Source: Eledone cirrhosa (taxonomy: Eukaryota). From it: 64,000 nucleotides of DNA. The stretch lies in contig CAXHJY010001289.1 of assembly GCA_964016885.1 (NCBI GenBank), positions 1-64,000 of the forward strand, in the 5' to 3' direction. The position numbers and the translations under genes are program-made. Below the pieces are notes generated by a model, which was given only the letters and a program-made list of their open reading frames with translations, did not search any database and was not told the DNA's origin. Of the stretch, positions 1 through 19,744 are shown in pieces; the first letter of the stretch is position 1; each line of letters starts with the position of its first letter.

Positions 1-70
1 ACAAAATAAGGCAATTATTCCATTTACCAGTGGTTTCTTAAAAGCAAATGTTGTTTATTACATAATAAAA

Positions 71-2191
<2,121 letters not shown>

Positions 2192-3728
2192 CTGTGGGGG
2201 GGGGCGGTGTATGTGCGTATGCGTGTATACATATATGTGATTATAGTTATATATATGTAAATGTAGCGGAAGAGGCGAGAGAGAGTTAGGGATAAAATAT
2301 ATATATAGATAGATTTATAGATTTATTTGAATATATATATATACCTGCATGTGTGTGACCATGCTTGTGTGTATTTGCTTGAGATTGCCTATGTGTATGT
2401 TTTTGTTTATAAAAATATACACATGAGTCTGTGATCGGACATATGTTTGAACTCACCTTTCTGTTGTTTATCTTTAAAAAAATATAACTGCAAATCTAAT
2501 GTTGAGATTCATTAAAATTTATCTGATTCATATTTTCGACATTCTATCAAGAGATTTTATTGATTGTTTAACTCAATTTATCTATACATTTCACAACTTA
2601 TTTAATAACCAATTAAACAAGACGATATTTTCGCAGATAGACGCAGAATGCTTGAAGGGGTAATGCTAAATAACACATAAGTAATACTTATATATTCATG
2701 AATAGATACTTAAAGAATTTTCCATATTCATATTCGTAAAAGGATTAATTAAGTCGGCGCCTAGTGTGTAAATTGTCGTCAGTATGATAAATGAAATAGT
2801 TTAACTGTGTAAGTATTTAAGTAAATAAATATAACATATTATGAAATAAAGATTTGTTTAGCCTTATAATATAGCATGTTTATTTTTATTATTGTTATGT
2901 GTAACACACTTAAAACAATGCTTGAATATATCTCCAGCTGCAACAACATCTACGCCAATTCCACCAACATCTCTAATAAAGGCGCCGACAATACAGCGAG
3001 ATATTAAACCGCCGCAATACAATAATACACATAATCTATTCATGAAGATATGCAAATATGTAACGAGTAACTATAGCAACAAAGAACAAATGCAGCAATT
3101 CACTGTACATCAACTCCATGCTATTTACTACAGCATAACTTACATCGTCTTCGACTATTATTTTGTTCTTTTCTTATTTTATAAACTCACTGGTTTCAGT
3201 CGTAGGAATGTTACCGTGATGGTGCACTCCATTTATTTAGTCCACCATATCAAACCTAGTACGTATTTTTTCAAGTCTTATCCATATCATGTCAAGGACT
3301 TTTTATGTCGAACAACTATTTTACGCGACATAACTACATATACATACACAAAAGAGAGTAAACGCACACAGACACACAAACGCGCACACACACACGGTGG
3401 ACTGGCCAGGTTGCCAGGTTGCCCAATGGCATGTGAGTCACAGTGGGCCCACAATAGCACTGAAGGTGCCCATGGTAGTATTGCGGGGTCTCACTGTAGC
3501 ATTTTAGGCGCCAATGCTTTGTTTAAAAAAATATCTTTAAAATAATGTCTTAGAGAATGAAGAAAAATTATTTAAAATATACAAATAAGCATAGCATTTG
3601 GTCAAACAATTCCCTAAGGAATTAATAGAAACCAAAATATATGATAGTGCTAAAGGTTAGAATAACCGGCTTACTGTGTTCATGCATGCATACATACATG
3701 GACACGCACGCACACACACACATACACA

Positions 3729-3777
<49 letters not shown>

Positions 3778-3778
3778 C

Positions 3779-4490
3779 ATTGAGTTATAAACTCAAAATA
3801 GTCTTTTACAATTAAATAGCTCTAAGAAGGGAAACTTTCCGAGACGTGTAATATAATCGGATATATGAGAGAGATGAACACAGATATAAGTATCCATGTG
3901 TTCCAATTGTAAATGACCAAGTTAGCTAGGTTGGAAAAATACTAATTTAAAACAATATGGTTTGCCTGACTCGATTTAAAGTAATAAATCAATAAAAATA
4001 ACAAACCTGTATCGGGCAATATCTTTTGATACCCGGACAGACCCAAAATCTGTTTTGCAAGAATTATTAAGTGAAAGCCAGAATTCCTGTGCTCATCTGC
4101 GGGTATCCAGGAAAATTCGTACATTTCACTTCAAAGACTGATAATTGTTCTCTTATAAACGCACATGTCGCAGAGCCTAGCACGTCTCATACTCATGTCG
4201 CTAAAAATAGCAGATGCGTTTAGGAGACTACGGTTATCTCTACATACTGAGCCGAGAATATCATAGATTGAATTATAAACTCAAAATAGTCTTTTACAAT
4301 TAAATAGCAGATGAGCACAGGAATTCTGGCTTTCACTTAATAATTCTTGCGAAACAGATATATATCCAATTATATTACACGGCTCGGAAAGTTTCCCTTC
4401 TTAGAACTATTTAATTGTAAAAGACTACTTTGAGTTTATAACTCAATCTATGATATTCTCGGCTCCGTATGTAGAGCTAACCGTAGTCAC
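3779..4490. mobile_element. Rearranged PLE-type terminal repeat cluster with foldback (arms ~4227-4307 / ~4407-4488)
   Basis: Segment aactcaaaatagtcttttacaattaaatag occurs at ~3790 and ~4278 and inverted at ~4407-4436; 4308-4358 is the reverse complement of ~4048-4099; carries HHR motifs. Confidence 0.6.
4028..4107 (-). ncRNA. Type I hammerhead ribozyme, variant or decayed core
   Basis: Minus strand: GAUACCCG-CAGAUGA-[stem II GCAcAGGAAUU...AAUUCUUGC]-AAAAC-AGA-uuuuggg-UCUGUC-CGGGUAUC; 8-bp stem I, stem III ACAGA/UCUGU, GUC site; the sister copy at 4308-4355 has GAAAC. Confidence 0.7.
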
Positions 4491-7299
4491 ATAATCTCAT
4501 ATTCTGTTCAACATTTTGACTTTAAAGGATGTGGGTGGTTTCCAAAATCAGAGAAGGTCTAGTGTCTCACAAGAGACAGACACACACTACAGTGGAGAGT
4601 AGAAAAGTAACAGTGTTGCCTTCGTGCGTCGCATCGAAAATGACAGACAAAAGTGTCCATCTGATATATCTGATCGAAAATGTTCGACATAAATGTCGAA
4701 GATTTGATTTTATACGTTCTCCCGAGGTTTTTCCACACATATTCTGCTTCATTTTCGACATAAAATATACTTCCGGACATCGTTTAAATACCTTGCTAGA
4801 TATTGTCACCACGAATGAAGAAGCAATACTGCCAGTAGATGTGGAAATTGTGTATATTCATTTTGACAGCCGGAAATAAAGTCGTTTTTGAATGTTTTAA
4901 ATTTTTGCGCGTGACGAACATAGTCCGCCTCCATCCCCTCGTTCGTCCCCTCCTTCCCCCTCATTTTTGCGTTGATCACTACTTTCACCTTAACAAATCA
5001 CTTTTCAACCACGTGACACTGATGTCTTATTCTTTCATCTCGTTGCTACCACACCATTCAGAGATGGCTAGCCTATTTTCCTATATATAGTTATACAGAG
5101 AGAAAGAGCGTGAGAAGAGGTTTAGGTTGGTAGATATAAGTATATTACGATCTGTTAAGAATATAATGGCAGTATGACTGTCTCCTATATAAAATATTTA
5201 TTGCTCGCTGTAATTTAATTTACGATTTTTATAGAACATTATATATAATCATTGTTCATGGACAATAATGAATGTAACATTTATTAGATTTTCCATGTCT
5301 TGAAAACCTCAACTAAAATGTCTTGTATTTTTGGTTCCACTCTAATACATTTTACTAATCGCAATTGGAAACGTTGTTACCGAATTGCGCTAGTGTATCA
5401 TACTGAAAATTAAGAAATATGAGGATAATTCTAGTAAGAGATATAATAATGTTTCACATTCCTATTGTTTCTTTCTTTTTTTCCTTCCTACACAAATCGA
5501 GAAATTCCTAATTCCATATTCTGCCGTAGTTATTAATTTTTGGTTCATGTTATATTGAACATAAATTTGCATACTACAATTGAAATAATGTTTTTTTGCT
5601 ATTATTATTATTATCAATATTATTATTATCAATATTGTTATTATTATTCTATTTTCATTGGGTGGTCTTTATTCATTTTCATAAAAATAAAATATATATA
5701 ATACAAGAATCGAAAAAAGAAGAGAATACATGAAAAGGAATACGAATTAAAATTTAAAGAAAAATGGAAAAGTGACAGAGACAAAAGCAATAAATAAATA
5801 TATATAAAAGTAAAATAAGAAATGAAAAGAGAAAAATAAAATATTAAAATATATCAGACAAAAACATACACAAAAACTTACATAAATACACATACAAAGA
5901 CACAAGCAAACACAAAATCAGAAACACACATAAACACACATATCCTGCGACATAATTACTTTTCATATCACGAAATCTGTGTAGAAAATTTAATGTATAG
6001 AATTAATTAAATAAACATGCCATGTATGAACCTGAAATATAAAGATTTATAATGGTTTGATAATTTCAATTAAGGAGAATGTTTATTGAAAAATATTGTT
6101 TGCTAATGTTACCTCCAATTTTGTCAGACATTTCTGTATACATTAATGTAAATTTTGATTCAATTTATATATCTGTGTGTACGCATGCATGTATGTACCT
6201 ATGTATGCATGTGTCTATCTGCACATGAAGGTATGTATATATGAATATATAAATACTTAATGCTAATCCACATCCAAATATATGTAATTGATAGCTTAAC
6301 ATTCATACACACTAAACTACTATTTAGATATACGCTTCTCTAACTTACCTCCCTTGTGGAAGAATTACTTTCTTTAATTTATTTTGATAGATATATCACT
6401 GAACAGATTATAATATATGAACCTAACTAACTGATTTAATAGAATACCCCGTATCGTCAGTGCAGCAGGAACATTCATCGTCGAAACCGGTGGAGGTCTA
6501 ACACACACACAGATCATTCGTACAATGTCCATTGTCATTGCCATCAACTTTATTTCATTGACATGAAACAATTAATGAAAATTGCTTCAAAAATGAATTA
6601 TCAGCAGCCAGATATCCTTAGTTATATCATACACTAGAGCAAATAATGACGTTTATACCAGAACATTAGATGTTTAACAGAAGGAGCAACATGTCCGAAT
6701 GGTTAAGAAGACGAATTTACATTTCTAAATCCCCGTGTGTCCCAGAGATTGATATGAATTGCATACTTCGTTATCTCTTATCCGTGTTGCATTTAGTGTC
6801 GTGAACGATTGTCTGGAGAAATAAATTCGTTCATGACTAATCCGCCCATCCTCGGAGAGACTGACATTAAGGTTCCCAAGTTTTATACAGCAACACACCC
6901 GGTGGTGCGTGTTCATGCAACTGACTAACATTCTGGATAAGAATGCATCAGGTTATCTACCAACTTTGACAAACACAGTATTGATTAAATGATATTTCAA
7001 GTAAAATAGAAAAATAATTATTGCGAAAATTGCCACCCAGGTGGGTGGATTCACAACAGTCTCGTTGTGAAGCATATTTCTTAATAACAAACATACCCAC
7101 CTCTACTTTTAGATGCCGATTCCCTAGACGTTGATGGTTTATTTAGCGCCAAAAGACGGCTCGTGAAGTTAACGAATTAGTGGCTGATCATTCCACAACG
7201 AGGGGAACATTAACGTAATTCTCATGGTGTTTCAGAAGGAAAGAGTGTACCAGAGATGGACCAATGTACAGTCCAAGTACAGTCCATCCGACTGCATTC

Positions 7300-7545
7300 C
7301 AAACAGTTTCCGTCTACCCAATATCTCTCATAAAATACGAGGCTATGCTAAATGACATGCGCCCAAAGTGTGGTGAAGTGGGATCAAATGAGTAATCTCA
7401 TCATTTCAAAGCGAAAGTCCTAAAGATTCAACCATACTGCATCTAAATAAGATACAACATATTTGCACAAATAGCCACGCAGTGGGACTAAATCCCAAAC
7501 CTCGTTGATGCGAAATGATATCATAAACTACACAGCCATAATAGC
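7300..7545 (-). mobile_element. Two decayed tRNA-derived SINE remnants
   Basis: Motifs cagtttccgtctacc..., cgaggctat..., gccacgcagtgggactaaatccc resemble the abundant octopus SINE as I recall it; not verified by search. Confidence 0.5.
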
Positions 7546-8251
7546 GTGTATTACTGGAACAGATAACATATACTTGCAAAATGGTGATGCTATTAGCGAG
7601 TCATTTCGCATAGGAATTGATCCAATAGAACGTAAAAAGTATCACGAGTCTTCAAAAATAGAAAAGCTTAAAATGCAATTAAAGAAAACAAATAGTTAAC
7701 GTTAATTTCCGCATTTTAACAACTTTTTTGCAATGACATTTAAACAATATTTTAAGAGAAAATATTAAAAGTTCATTGTACAATTTTAAGACATAACACG
7801 TATTAGCATTTCATATTATTCACCAACGCATGCGGTAAAACTGTCCAAAATTAGACTAATGCGTTGATTTCTCTAACATTATATTTTTCCTTCCGGTTTG
7901 GACACGTTGTTGCCAACGTTAGATGGTTTAGAATTCGAAATGTTTTTCAAGATATCGAATATCACTATTACTTTGTTTTAATTTTACAATTTATCATTTA
8001 TTTGACAGATGATACATAATAATAATAATAATAATAATAATATGGTAATGTTGTTACTTTAAGAAATATTGTAAATTGTAAATACGTTAAGATTATTTCA
8101 AGAATGCTTGTTATATTTTTACATTCCATCTAAACAGAAAGAAAATGTGAAATCGTCTATTTGCTTAACAACAAATATATTTTCTTTTTACACAATTCAA
8201 GAAAGTTAACTTTTGATTTACAATTCCCCTGTGACTGAAGTACTTTGAAGG

Positions 8252-8320
8252 TATGTGACTTAGTGGTTATTATGTTCGAATAAAGATTGCGTGTTCAATT
8301 CCCGATGGGCAAGTCCAATG
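8252..8320 (+). mobile_element. Decayed SINE head with A-box/B-box-like motifs
   Basis: tgacttagtggtta ... gtgttcaattccc at tRNA-like spacing; no cloverleaf. Confidence 0.4.
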
Positions 8321-9825
8321 AACTGAAAAAATTAGTTCTAATGATAATTTATATATCCAGCCTTGTCACCCACTCTATTAAGCTGAACCCTCCTCAGAAA
8401 TACTTTAAATGTAAAGTGACTGTTGAATGCTCAAAAACTTAGACGTCAGTTTAATGACCAGGAAAAAAGACTCATTGTCTAAACCTATAAATTACATAGA
8501 AGTTTCTCATTTGCTGTCACATTAGTAAACCATATTGTTACATTATTATAAGGTGCTTACCAGGATGCTTATGGTTTGTGATAGCAAAACGTTTCAACAA
8601 TTCGACTGCCGTTGTTAATAATTCACCCAGTATACTCAATATTAGAGCAGTGTGAATTAGGGAAATTGTGTCGATGGATTTGCCAAAAGACATGTTTAAA
8701 ACCAACTCTGATCAAATTTCATGAAAATAAGATAATAAATCCGAATAAATATTTAGTCATATATATGCAAGTGAGTATACACATCAATGTATATGTCATT
8801 AAGAGCAGGCAGATAAGTAAGGGTTAAGATGAATTATATTTCTCCATTATACTCTCTTTTCTTTTCCAATAATTAGAATAAGTGAAATGACTCATCTGAC
8901 TTTGGAAAAAAGGGACTCACACACGCCTTGTTGTCATGACAATACTATACATCATTTCACCTCTTGTGTTGTTGAAGTTATTGATGTTCTTTTGAGAGAA
9001 TCGTTTTCGAAAATGACTGAAAATATCGAATAATGTACGCCATTTTTACCAGTACCACAACAATACTGGTCCATCCACACACACAAGCGCGCGCGTGCGT
9101 GCATGCACACGTGCACACTAACATACTTACACACACACACGCACACACACACACACACACACACACGCCCACACTTCTCCGTAGAAGACAAGAGCTGAAA
9201 AATATGTTTCAACATGTTAAAATACACCCCTCCATACACACACACACACCTACACACACACTCCTACGGACCGATTCATTTCCATTATCACAACAGTGAA
9301 CCACTTTGCTACACACACGCACACACACACATATTTGACTTAATAGACACCTGAACTGTTGACCTCTCAACATGACTGCAACTCAATGAAGCGGAAAAGG
9401 ACACTCTTAGACAAATCTACATTTGGCGCAAAACCAGTTCGCGATAAATTCAATTTAAACATTCACGTGACTTCTACCGACCAATCAAAATTGTTTTCAC
9501 TACAAAAATTGTTGCAACACGAATTAGCGCGACATTTATAGTGCTTATTCATGTGACATTCAACAACCAACCAAATCTTAATACACCCCAAGTCACTTTT
9601 TTCACATAAAACAGGAAGAATTTCCAAAACTGATTTCATTAGAGCAAAAATCATGAGCAATCTATCTGAAAATTGTTTTTGAAAAGCATAGGAAATGCGC
9701 AACCGGTAAAAACTTAAAACTAAAACTGAATACTAACTAATACTTATTACTATTTTATAATTATTCCTTATTAAACTATTTTTCACTGGGAAAAATTTGT
9801 CAGCATTTTATTTTCCTTTTTACTA

Positions 9826-10320
<495 letters not shown>

Positions 10321-10636
10321 GATAAAATATAACAAAATAATATCGTGTATCCAATGACAGAGAAATAATTTTTAGTATTATAGACCTAATTAATATACAT
10401 TTTAGAAATATATTTATTATTTGGTTTTAGTTTTAATCAACCTAAAAATTTTAATTTTAATTTGCTTAAAATTAGTATCCTTATACAGACGAATTGCAGA
10501 ATGTTATGTAATCATAGAATGGGATGTGTTTTGGATATATACCTAGTTAATATATTCTATGCAATTTTTTGAAAAAGATATGTATATGTATATGTGTATG
10601 TGTATGTGTGTGTGTGTGTATGTATATGTATATATA

Positions 10637-10681
<45 letters not shown>

Positions 10682-11379
10682 ATATATATGTATATATGTA
10701 TGTGTATGTATATGTATATGTATGCGTATTAATTTTGATTTCTATTTGCATATAATTATATTATGCTATTGATGAAATACAATATCTGCTTTATGTATTG
10801 TATACCTAATTAACATATACTATTGAAATAAATATATAATTTTTAATTTAGTTAACCTATAATTTATATTCTACTACCGATGTAATACTTTATTTTATTT
10901 TTATTTGGGTTTTTTTTCCCTATTACTAAATTCATTTCCTAATATTGATACCATAACGTTATTAACTTTAATTTAGTTATACTGTAATTAATACTCTACT
11001 ACTGTTTAACTTCAAAATTCTGCTTCAAATATTATAAACCTAACTAATTTACACCTTAGAAATCAATATGTTGACTATCTTTGGTTTAGTTAACATATGA
11101 TTAATGGTATACTTGTTTATTTTGAGATGCATAGATTTTGCCTTAGTTCTTGTTTGTTGTATTTCCTAACACTGAAAATATGTAAGAACATACATTGGAT
11201 AAAGATACGGAAAATATTCCATGTTTCTTGAAACATATATTTACTTTGATCCCCTTCTCCAAACCCCCCCTTTCCCCCATACTATTATCATCTGTATTTG
11301 TAAGCGTCTATGTATGAATATATATGTAGGTAGGTGTCTATATAGGTTTGGGTATTTATATCTAAATATAAAAATACAT

Positions 11380-11797
11380 ATATGCGCATGCAAATATGAA
11401 TGTAAGATTGTGTGTGTATATATGAGTGTGTGTATATATGTATATATGTGTATATATGCATGTATATATGTATGTGTATGTGAATGTGTGTACGTATATG
11501 TGTATGTATGTGTATATATGTGTATATGTATGTATGCATGTATATATAGGAATATATATATGTATATATGCATGTATATGTATATGCGTGTGTATGTATG
11601 TGTGTGTATGTGTGTTGTATATATATGTATGTCTCTCTATTTATATGTCTATCTTCGTATCTATGTGATATATGTGTGTGTGTGTGCATGTATGCATATG
11701 TATGTGTTTATGTGTATATATGTGTATGTGTGTATATATGTGTGTGTGCACACACACACATTTATATATGTGAGTGTGTATATGTGTCTGTGTATAT

Positions 11798-11862
<65 letters not shown>

Positions 11863-11952
11863 TGTCTATGTGTGAATATATGTCTATATTCGTATGTGTG
11901 TATTTATGTATGTATATGTTTATATGTATGTATGTATATGTATGTATGTATG

Positions 11953-12001
<49 letters not shown>

Positions 12002-12690
12002 CTTTATTATTATAATATAACTTATGTGTATGTGTGTATAAGTGAGGTTGTGTATGTGTATATAATATGTGTATATATAAGTGTAAAAAAATATATATAT
12101 ATGTGCATGTCTGTTTTTTATGTGTGTGTATATATATATATATATATATACGTGTGTATATATATGTATATGTGGGTGTTTGTATGTGTATTTATGGTGG
12201 TATGAGTGTGTGGATATCTATGTGTATATATATATATATATGTATGAGTGTATGTGTGTATATATATATATATATGTATGTGTATATATATATATATATA
12301 TATATGTGTATGTAAGTGTGTATATATATATATCTATTAATGCGTGTGTGTATGTATATACATATGCCTTTTTATTATTATTTTTATTTGTATGTCTGAG
12401 TTAGGTGAGGTTGTAGTGGTTTTTTATGTATATACGCATATATGGATGCGTATGTATTTGTATATATGAGTATAAGTAAGTGCATATGTATGTATGATTA
12501 TATATCTAATTCTATGTATGAATATACATGTATATATATGTGTGTATGTAAGTTGTGTGTGTATGTATCTATATGTCTATGTGTGTGTATATATATATAT
12601 ATATATATGTATATCGATGTACGTATATGTATGTACATGTATGTCTATGTATGTGTGTATGTATGTGTATGTATATTTAGGTGTATGTGT

Positions 12691-12730
<40 letters not shown>

Positions 12731-12999
12731 ATATATATATATGTATATATCTTTATTATTATTTATTTTTTATATATATGTGTATGTGTGTATGTGTTGC
12801 GTGTGTGTGTGTGTATATATATATCTTTTTATATGTGTGTATATATATATCTTTATATATGTGTATGTGTATGTTCGTGTAGGTGTATGTGTGTGTATGA
12901 CTGTATATGTATGTATATATGTGTGTATGCGTAAATATTTCTATGTGTGTGTACATGTATGTATGTGTATATATCTGTATGTGTATGTATGTGTATTTG

Positions 13000-13041
<42 letters not shown>

Positions 13042-13072
13042 ATATATATATATCTATATGTATATGTGTGTG

Positions 13073-13111
<39 letters not shown>

Positions 13112-13432
13112 ATATGTTTTTCTATTTGTATATGTATGTGTGTATAGGTATATACCTTTCTCTTTGTATTTCTAAGTTGTGTGATAGTGTAGTAGTGTTT
13201 GTATGTATATACCGATATATAGATGCGTAAGTATTTGTCTGTATGTGTATAGTAAGTCTGTATATATTTGTGTGTATATATAGCTATGTATGTGTATATC
13301 TGTATGTATATTAGTATGTAAGTGTTGTATATGTGCATGTATGTGTGTGGTTATATATATCTGTGTCTATATAGTATGTGTAATTATATGTATATGTGTG
13401 TGTATATGTACGTGTATGTACATATATGTATG

Positions 13433-13475
<43 letters not shown>

Positions 13476-13677
13476 GTATGTGTATTTGTATGTATATGTG
13501 TATATGTATGTATGTGTGTATATGTATATGTTTATATATGTGTGTATATGTATGTTCTTAGTGTGGATGTGTGTATATGTATGTATGTGTTTATATATGT
13601 GTGTATATTTATGTATGGATATGTGTGTGTCTATGTGTATATATATGTATGTTTTTGTGTGTATATGTATATATGTA

Positions 13678-13718
<41 letters not shown>

Positions 13719-13745
13719 ATATATGTGTATATATATATATATTTA
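11380..13745. repeat. Degenerate (TA)n/(TG)n/(TATG)n low-complexity tract
   Basis: Direct inspection. Confidence 0.93.
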
Positions 13746-14407
13746 TTTTCTTGATATATTTCTTTTTTCTTTTTTCTTTTTTCTTTTTTCTGTTTTTCTT
13801 TCTATTCTTTCCTCTTTAATGTTTTATTTATTATATTTTATTGTTTTATTTTTTTATTTTTTTATTTTTCTTAGTTTATAGATACATTTATATTAGGCAG
13901 TCTGCTCAGACAGTTGAATACTGACCCCTCCCCCCCCTCCCACCTAATTTCTGTATCTTGATCTAAAAATGTGTGTGCCAGTGTTTTATGTGAGTGAATT
14001 AATATCCATGTGCTTATGATTTTATATCCACATATATAAAATGTGAGTGGGGGTGTGTGTGTGTTTGTATGTTCGTGGTTATGTGTATATTTATGTATAT
14101 ACGCGCGTGTATGTGTGATTGTACGGATATGTGTGAGTATGAAAAAATATATTTATATACTTGACTTCATAAGTGTCAGTGCGCATCTTATCTGCGCATT
14201 GTAAGCTTACAGAGACATTAACCTTGAAATTTTGTATTTGCATCCATCCTTTTAGTATGCGTATACAAATTATACATACATTTTTGTAAAATATGTGTAA
14301 GGGTTTTACATGTATATACACACACCGAACTGCATTTAACCCTTTGTGTTTTCATTGGTCAATTTTGAACTGAAATTTTGAATTGTTGTTATTATCAATA
14401 AATATAC

Positions 14408-14562
14408 TTCATTATTTCTGAAGACGGCGTATATATGTGTTTGGTATGTATATTTAATCTTGATAATTTGTATAATTTTGTATAATTTTGTACATAGATC
14501 TGTTGAATATGCATACCAATTCTAACACATATATATCCTAGAAACGATCGTTAAATAATGAA
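14408..14562 (+). ncRNA. Type I hammerhead ribozyme with very long stem II
   Basis: UUCAUUAUUU(14408-17)-CUGAAGA(14418-24)-long hairpin (UAUAUAUGUGUU/AACACAUAUAUA, UGGUAUG/CAUACCA)-GAAAC(14541-45)-GAUC-GUU-AAAUAAUGAA(14553-62); 10-bp stem I and palindromic stem III ACGAUCGU. Confidence 0.85.
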
Positions 14563-14613
14563 CTTTTTTTGTTTAATATAAGGAATTGTTTATTCATTAT
14601 TTGTTTAATATTT

Positions 14614-15142
<529 letters not shown>

Positions 15143-16062
15143 ATACATTATGAAGAGAGAAGAAACATTTAGATATAATTAGTAATAAAATGTATCATAC
15201 CTAAACTGCTCCTAGATTCCTCGACTACGTAGTTTCGTGGCATAAACAAAAACAATACATCATAAAGATATATAGTCCTTGCGAGGTCTGCCGACTTATC
15301 AAGGGGATACCTCATTTTACTAGTCTCAAGAACGCGTCTACGCGACGTTGAGAAAGAATCCCAAAAGGCGGAGGGGGAGATAGTCACGCGATATAATGGT
15401 CGAGAAACAGAGCTAAGCCTCTTATAACCCCGAAGAAAATACCACGGAAGCGGAGGGGGTATTTATATCGAAGCCGTAGCAGAGGTGGTGAAGGAGGCGA
15501 GAAGTATGAGTAATGGAATCTTTCCAACAGTCCCCACACTTCAAAGGTTGCTCGACCAGAGGGAGTTATTAACAATATATTTAGAAACACACAGATACAT
15601 GCGGACACACACATATACATGAATGCATCCGCACCCAACTGTGAGTTAAGGGTGCCAACTTCACCGATGTTGCTCAATGAATGACTGGGACAGACCAATC
15701 CGGTTGAACTAGACTGAACCAGTATCAGAGTTAAAAATACATTATGAAGAGAGAAGAAACATTTAGATATAATTAGTAATAAAATGTATCATACCTAAAC
15801 TGCTCCTAGATTCCTCGACTACGTAGTTTCGTGGCATAAACAATACATCATAAAGATATATAGTCCTCGCGAGGTCTGCCGACTTATCTAGAGGATACCT
15901 CATTTTAATAGTCTCAAGAACGCGTCTACACGACGTGAGAAAGAATCCCAAAAGGCGGAGGGGGAGATAGTCACGCGATATAACGGTCGAGAAACAGAGC
16001 TAAACCTCTTATAACCCCGAAGAAAATACCACGGAGGCGGAGGGGGTATTTATATCGAAGCC

Positions 16063-16065
<3 letters not shown>
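15143..16065 (-). repeat. 594-bp tandem repeat (~1.55 units), HHR-bearing, PLE-pLTR/retrozyme-like
   Basis: atacattatgaagagagaag recurs at 15143 and 15737; each unit has a minus-strand HHR motif; (AT)n on both flanks. Confidence 0.85.
15218..15307 (-). ncRNA. Type I hammerhead ribozyme, U3:A8 core variant (second copy at 15812-15895)
   Basis: UCCCC-UUGAUAA-GUcGGCA...UGCCAC-GAAAC-UACGUA-GUC-GAGGA; copy 2 has perfect stem I UCCUC/GAGGA but core UAGAUAA. Confidence 0.7.
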
Positions 16066-18194
<2,129 letters not shown>

Positions 18195-18195
<1 letters not shown>

Positions 18196-18395
18196 CCACA
18201 GACCCTCCATCTCAACTCACCTTTTGAAAAGCAGAAGAACTGCGAAACCGGTAAAGGAACCAAATAAATATATATATTTAAAAAAAAAATAAGACTTCAG
18301 TTGCATTTTCGATTTCATCCCTTTTTCTTTATACTTCCACTCGTGTTGGACACCTCGGTTATTTTTCATTTTGTAAAAAAAACCTCACTTTCTAA
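18195..18395 (+). mobile_element. ~200-bp PLE-type terminal repeat (copy 1; copy 2 at 23826-24028)
   Basis: Near-identical dispersed duplicate embedded in (AT)n; contains an HHR followed by aataaa. Confidence 0.7.
18220..18257 (+). ncRNA. Minimal type I hammerhead ribozyme, U3:A8 variant
   Basis: CCUU-UUGAAAA-GCAG-aagaa-CUGC-GAAAC-CG-GUA-AAGG; palindromic stem III ACCGGU. Confidence 0.8.
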
Positions 18396-18868
18396 TATAT
18401 ATATATATATAGGTGAAAACGAACAAACAAAACCCATGAGTCAAATGTACACTTTTATATTGGGTTCACAGATATATATGTGTGTGTATTGAGGAGGGGT
18501 GTACTAATGTAACTGACCAAAATGATAGCCAATGAATATATAAATGTGCAAATCTAGAATTTCCCAATGTCGGCGGAAAAAATGACTACCAGAAAGAGGC
18601 TTTGGTTGATTGCAGGCAAAGATGACCCTCTTTTCTTCTTTTGGTGTGATACTTTGTCCGATTTCCTCAACTATTTCAGATATTTGCAAATTCTTATTTT
18701 CGTTATTTACTTAGCGACGCACGCATTTCAAGAATCAACTTTTCTCAATTCCATCTTATTCAATAAATTTTTGTTTATGACTGAATACACATGTGATTTT
18801 TTCTCATATTTTTCGTTCCTCCCGCTTCACACGCTTTATCTTTCTATACCATTTTTATTTCTCTATCA

Positions 18869-18908
18869 GTGTTCTGGTGAAGAACTTGTGTCCGAAACAT
18901 TAAGACAC
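18869..18908 (+). ncRNA. Decayed minimal hammerhead motif in a PLE-like terminal remnant
   Basis: gtgtt-CTGGTGA-agaacttgtgtcc-GAAAC-atta-agacac; core mutated, stems imperfect. Confidence 0.4.
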
Positions 18909-18981
18909 CTTCCTATTATGTGAATCGTCAAACTAAAATATTGTTTTATTTCACTGTATCCTTTGCGCTGTTATTTCTGCT

Positions 18982-19064
<83 letters not shown>

Positions 19065-19744
19065 ATGTATATATATATATATGTGTGTATATATTTTGAG
19101 TATATGTTGGTTGTTTACCGACACCTCAGTATGCAGATTGGAGCACTCCACTAAGTACGCAGGCTGGTTTGGTTACTCCGGAGTAATGTAAAATGTGTGT
19201 GTGTGGGTATATATATATATATGTGAGTGTAACGGGTGTTAAAAAAATTCTCATTGAAATAGCTGTTTTTTTATGGATATTGGGAATTTTTTTTTTCGTC
19301 TAAGCAATTATAATATACAACTTGATATTACAGGCGTGACAATAAAAATTGTGAACAGCCTCTCCTACATCTTCCGTATGTTCGTTTGTTTTAAACCCAA
19401 TATTTAGATATCCAGTTTTAATGCACACATCTATCACTTTCTTTATTTGAATTCTGTCAGATTCAAGTGCGTCTGTGCTGTTCAGAAATTCCATTTCTCC
19501 ATTTGATATCTCCGTAACTGTCAAACAAAAATTTACTGATTCTACTGGAAAAGCATAGGTAGATAAAACAGGTAAACTAGAAAGAAAGAAAAGAAAATTA
19601 AACATCACGCACACATAAGCACATCAACTGATGTGCCTACAAACATGGAAACATGTATATCTATATATATATTTTACTCTTTTACCTGTTCCAGTCATCC
19701 ATCTGACGCCATGCTGGGGCACCGCCCTTGTTGCTACACATTTT

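Noticed and set aside
3396-3515. GC-rich patch starting cggtggactggcc, reminiscent of a DNA-transposon (hAT-like) end
   Set aside because: No matching second terminal inverted repeat or TSD found
4567-4812. Minus-strand ORF ending in a hydrophobic stretch near a slightly CpG-rich region, possible host exon
   Set aside because: No recognisable homology and no supported exon chain
6340-6400. Strong minus-strand splice donor GAG|GTAAGT
   Set aside because: The adjacent putative exon has stops in all three frames; a lone donor is expected by chance
11040-11200. Minus-strand NLCIS...LNQR peptide traces like a PLE GIY-YIG C-terminus
   Set aside because: Too short and degenerate to support without a search
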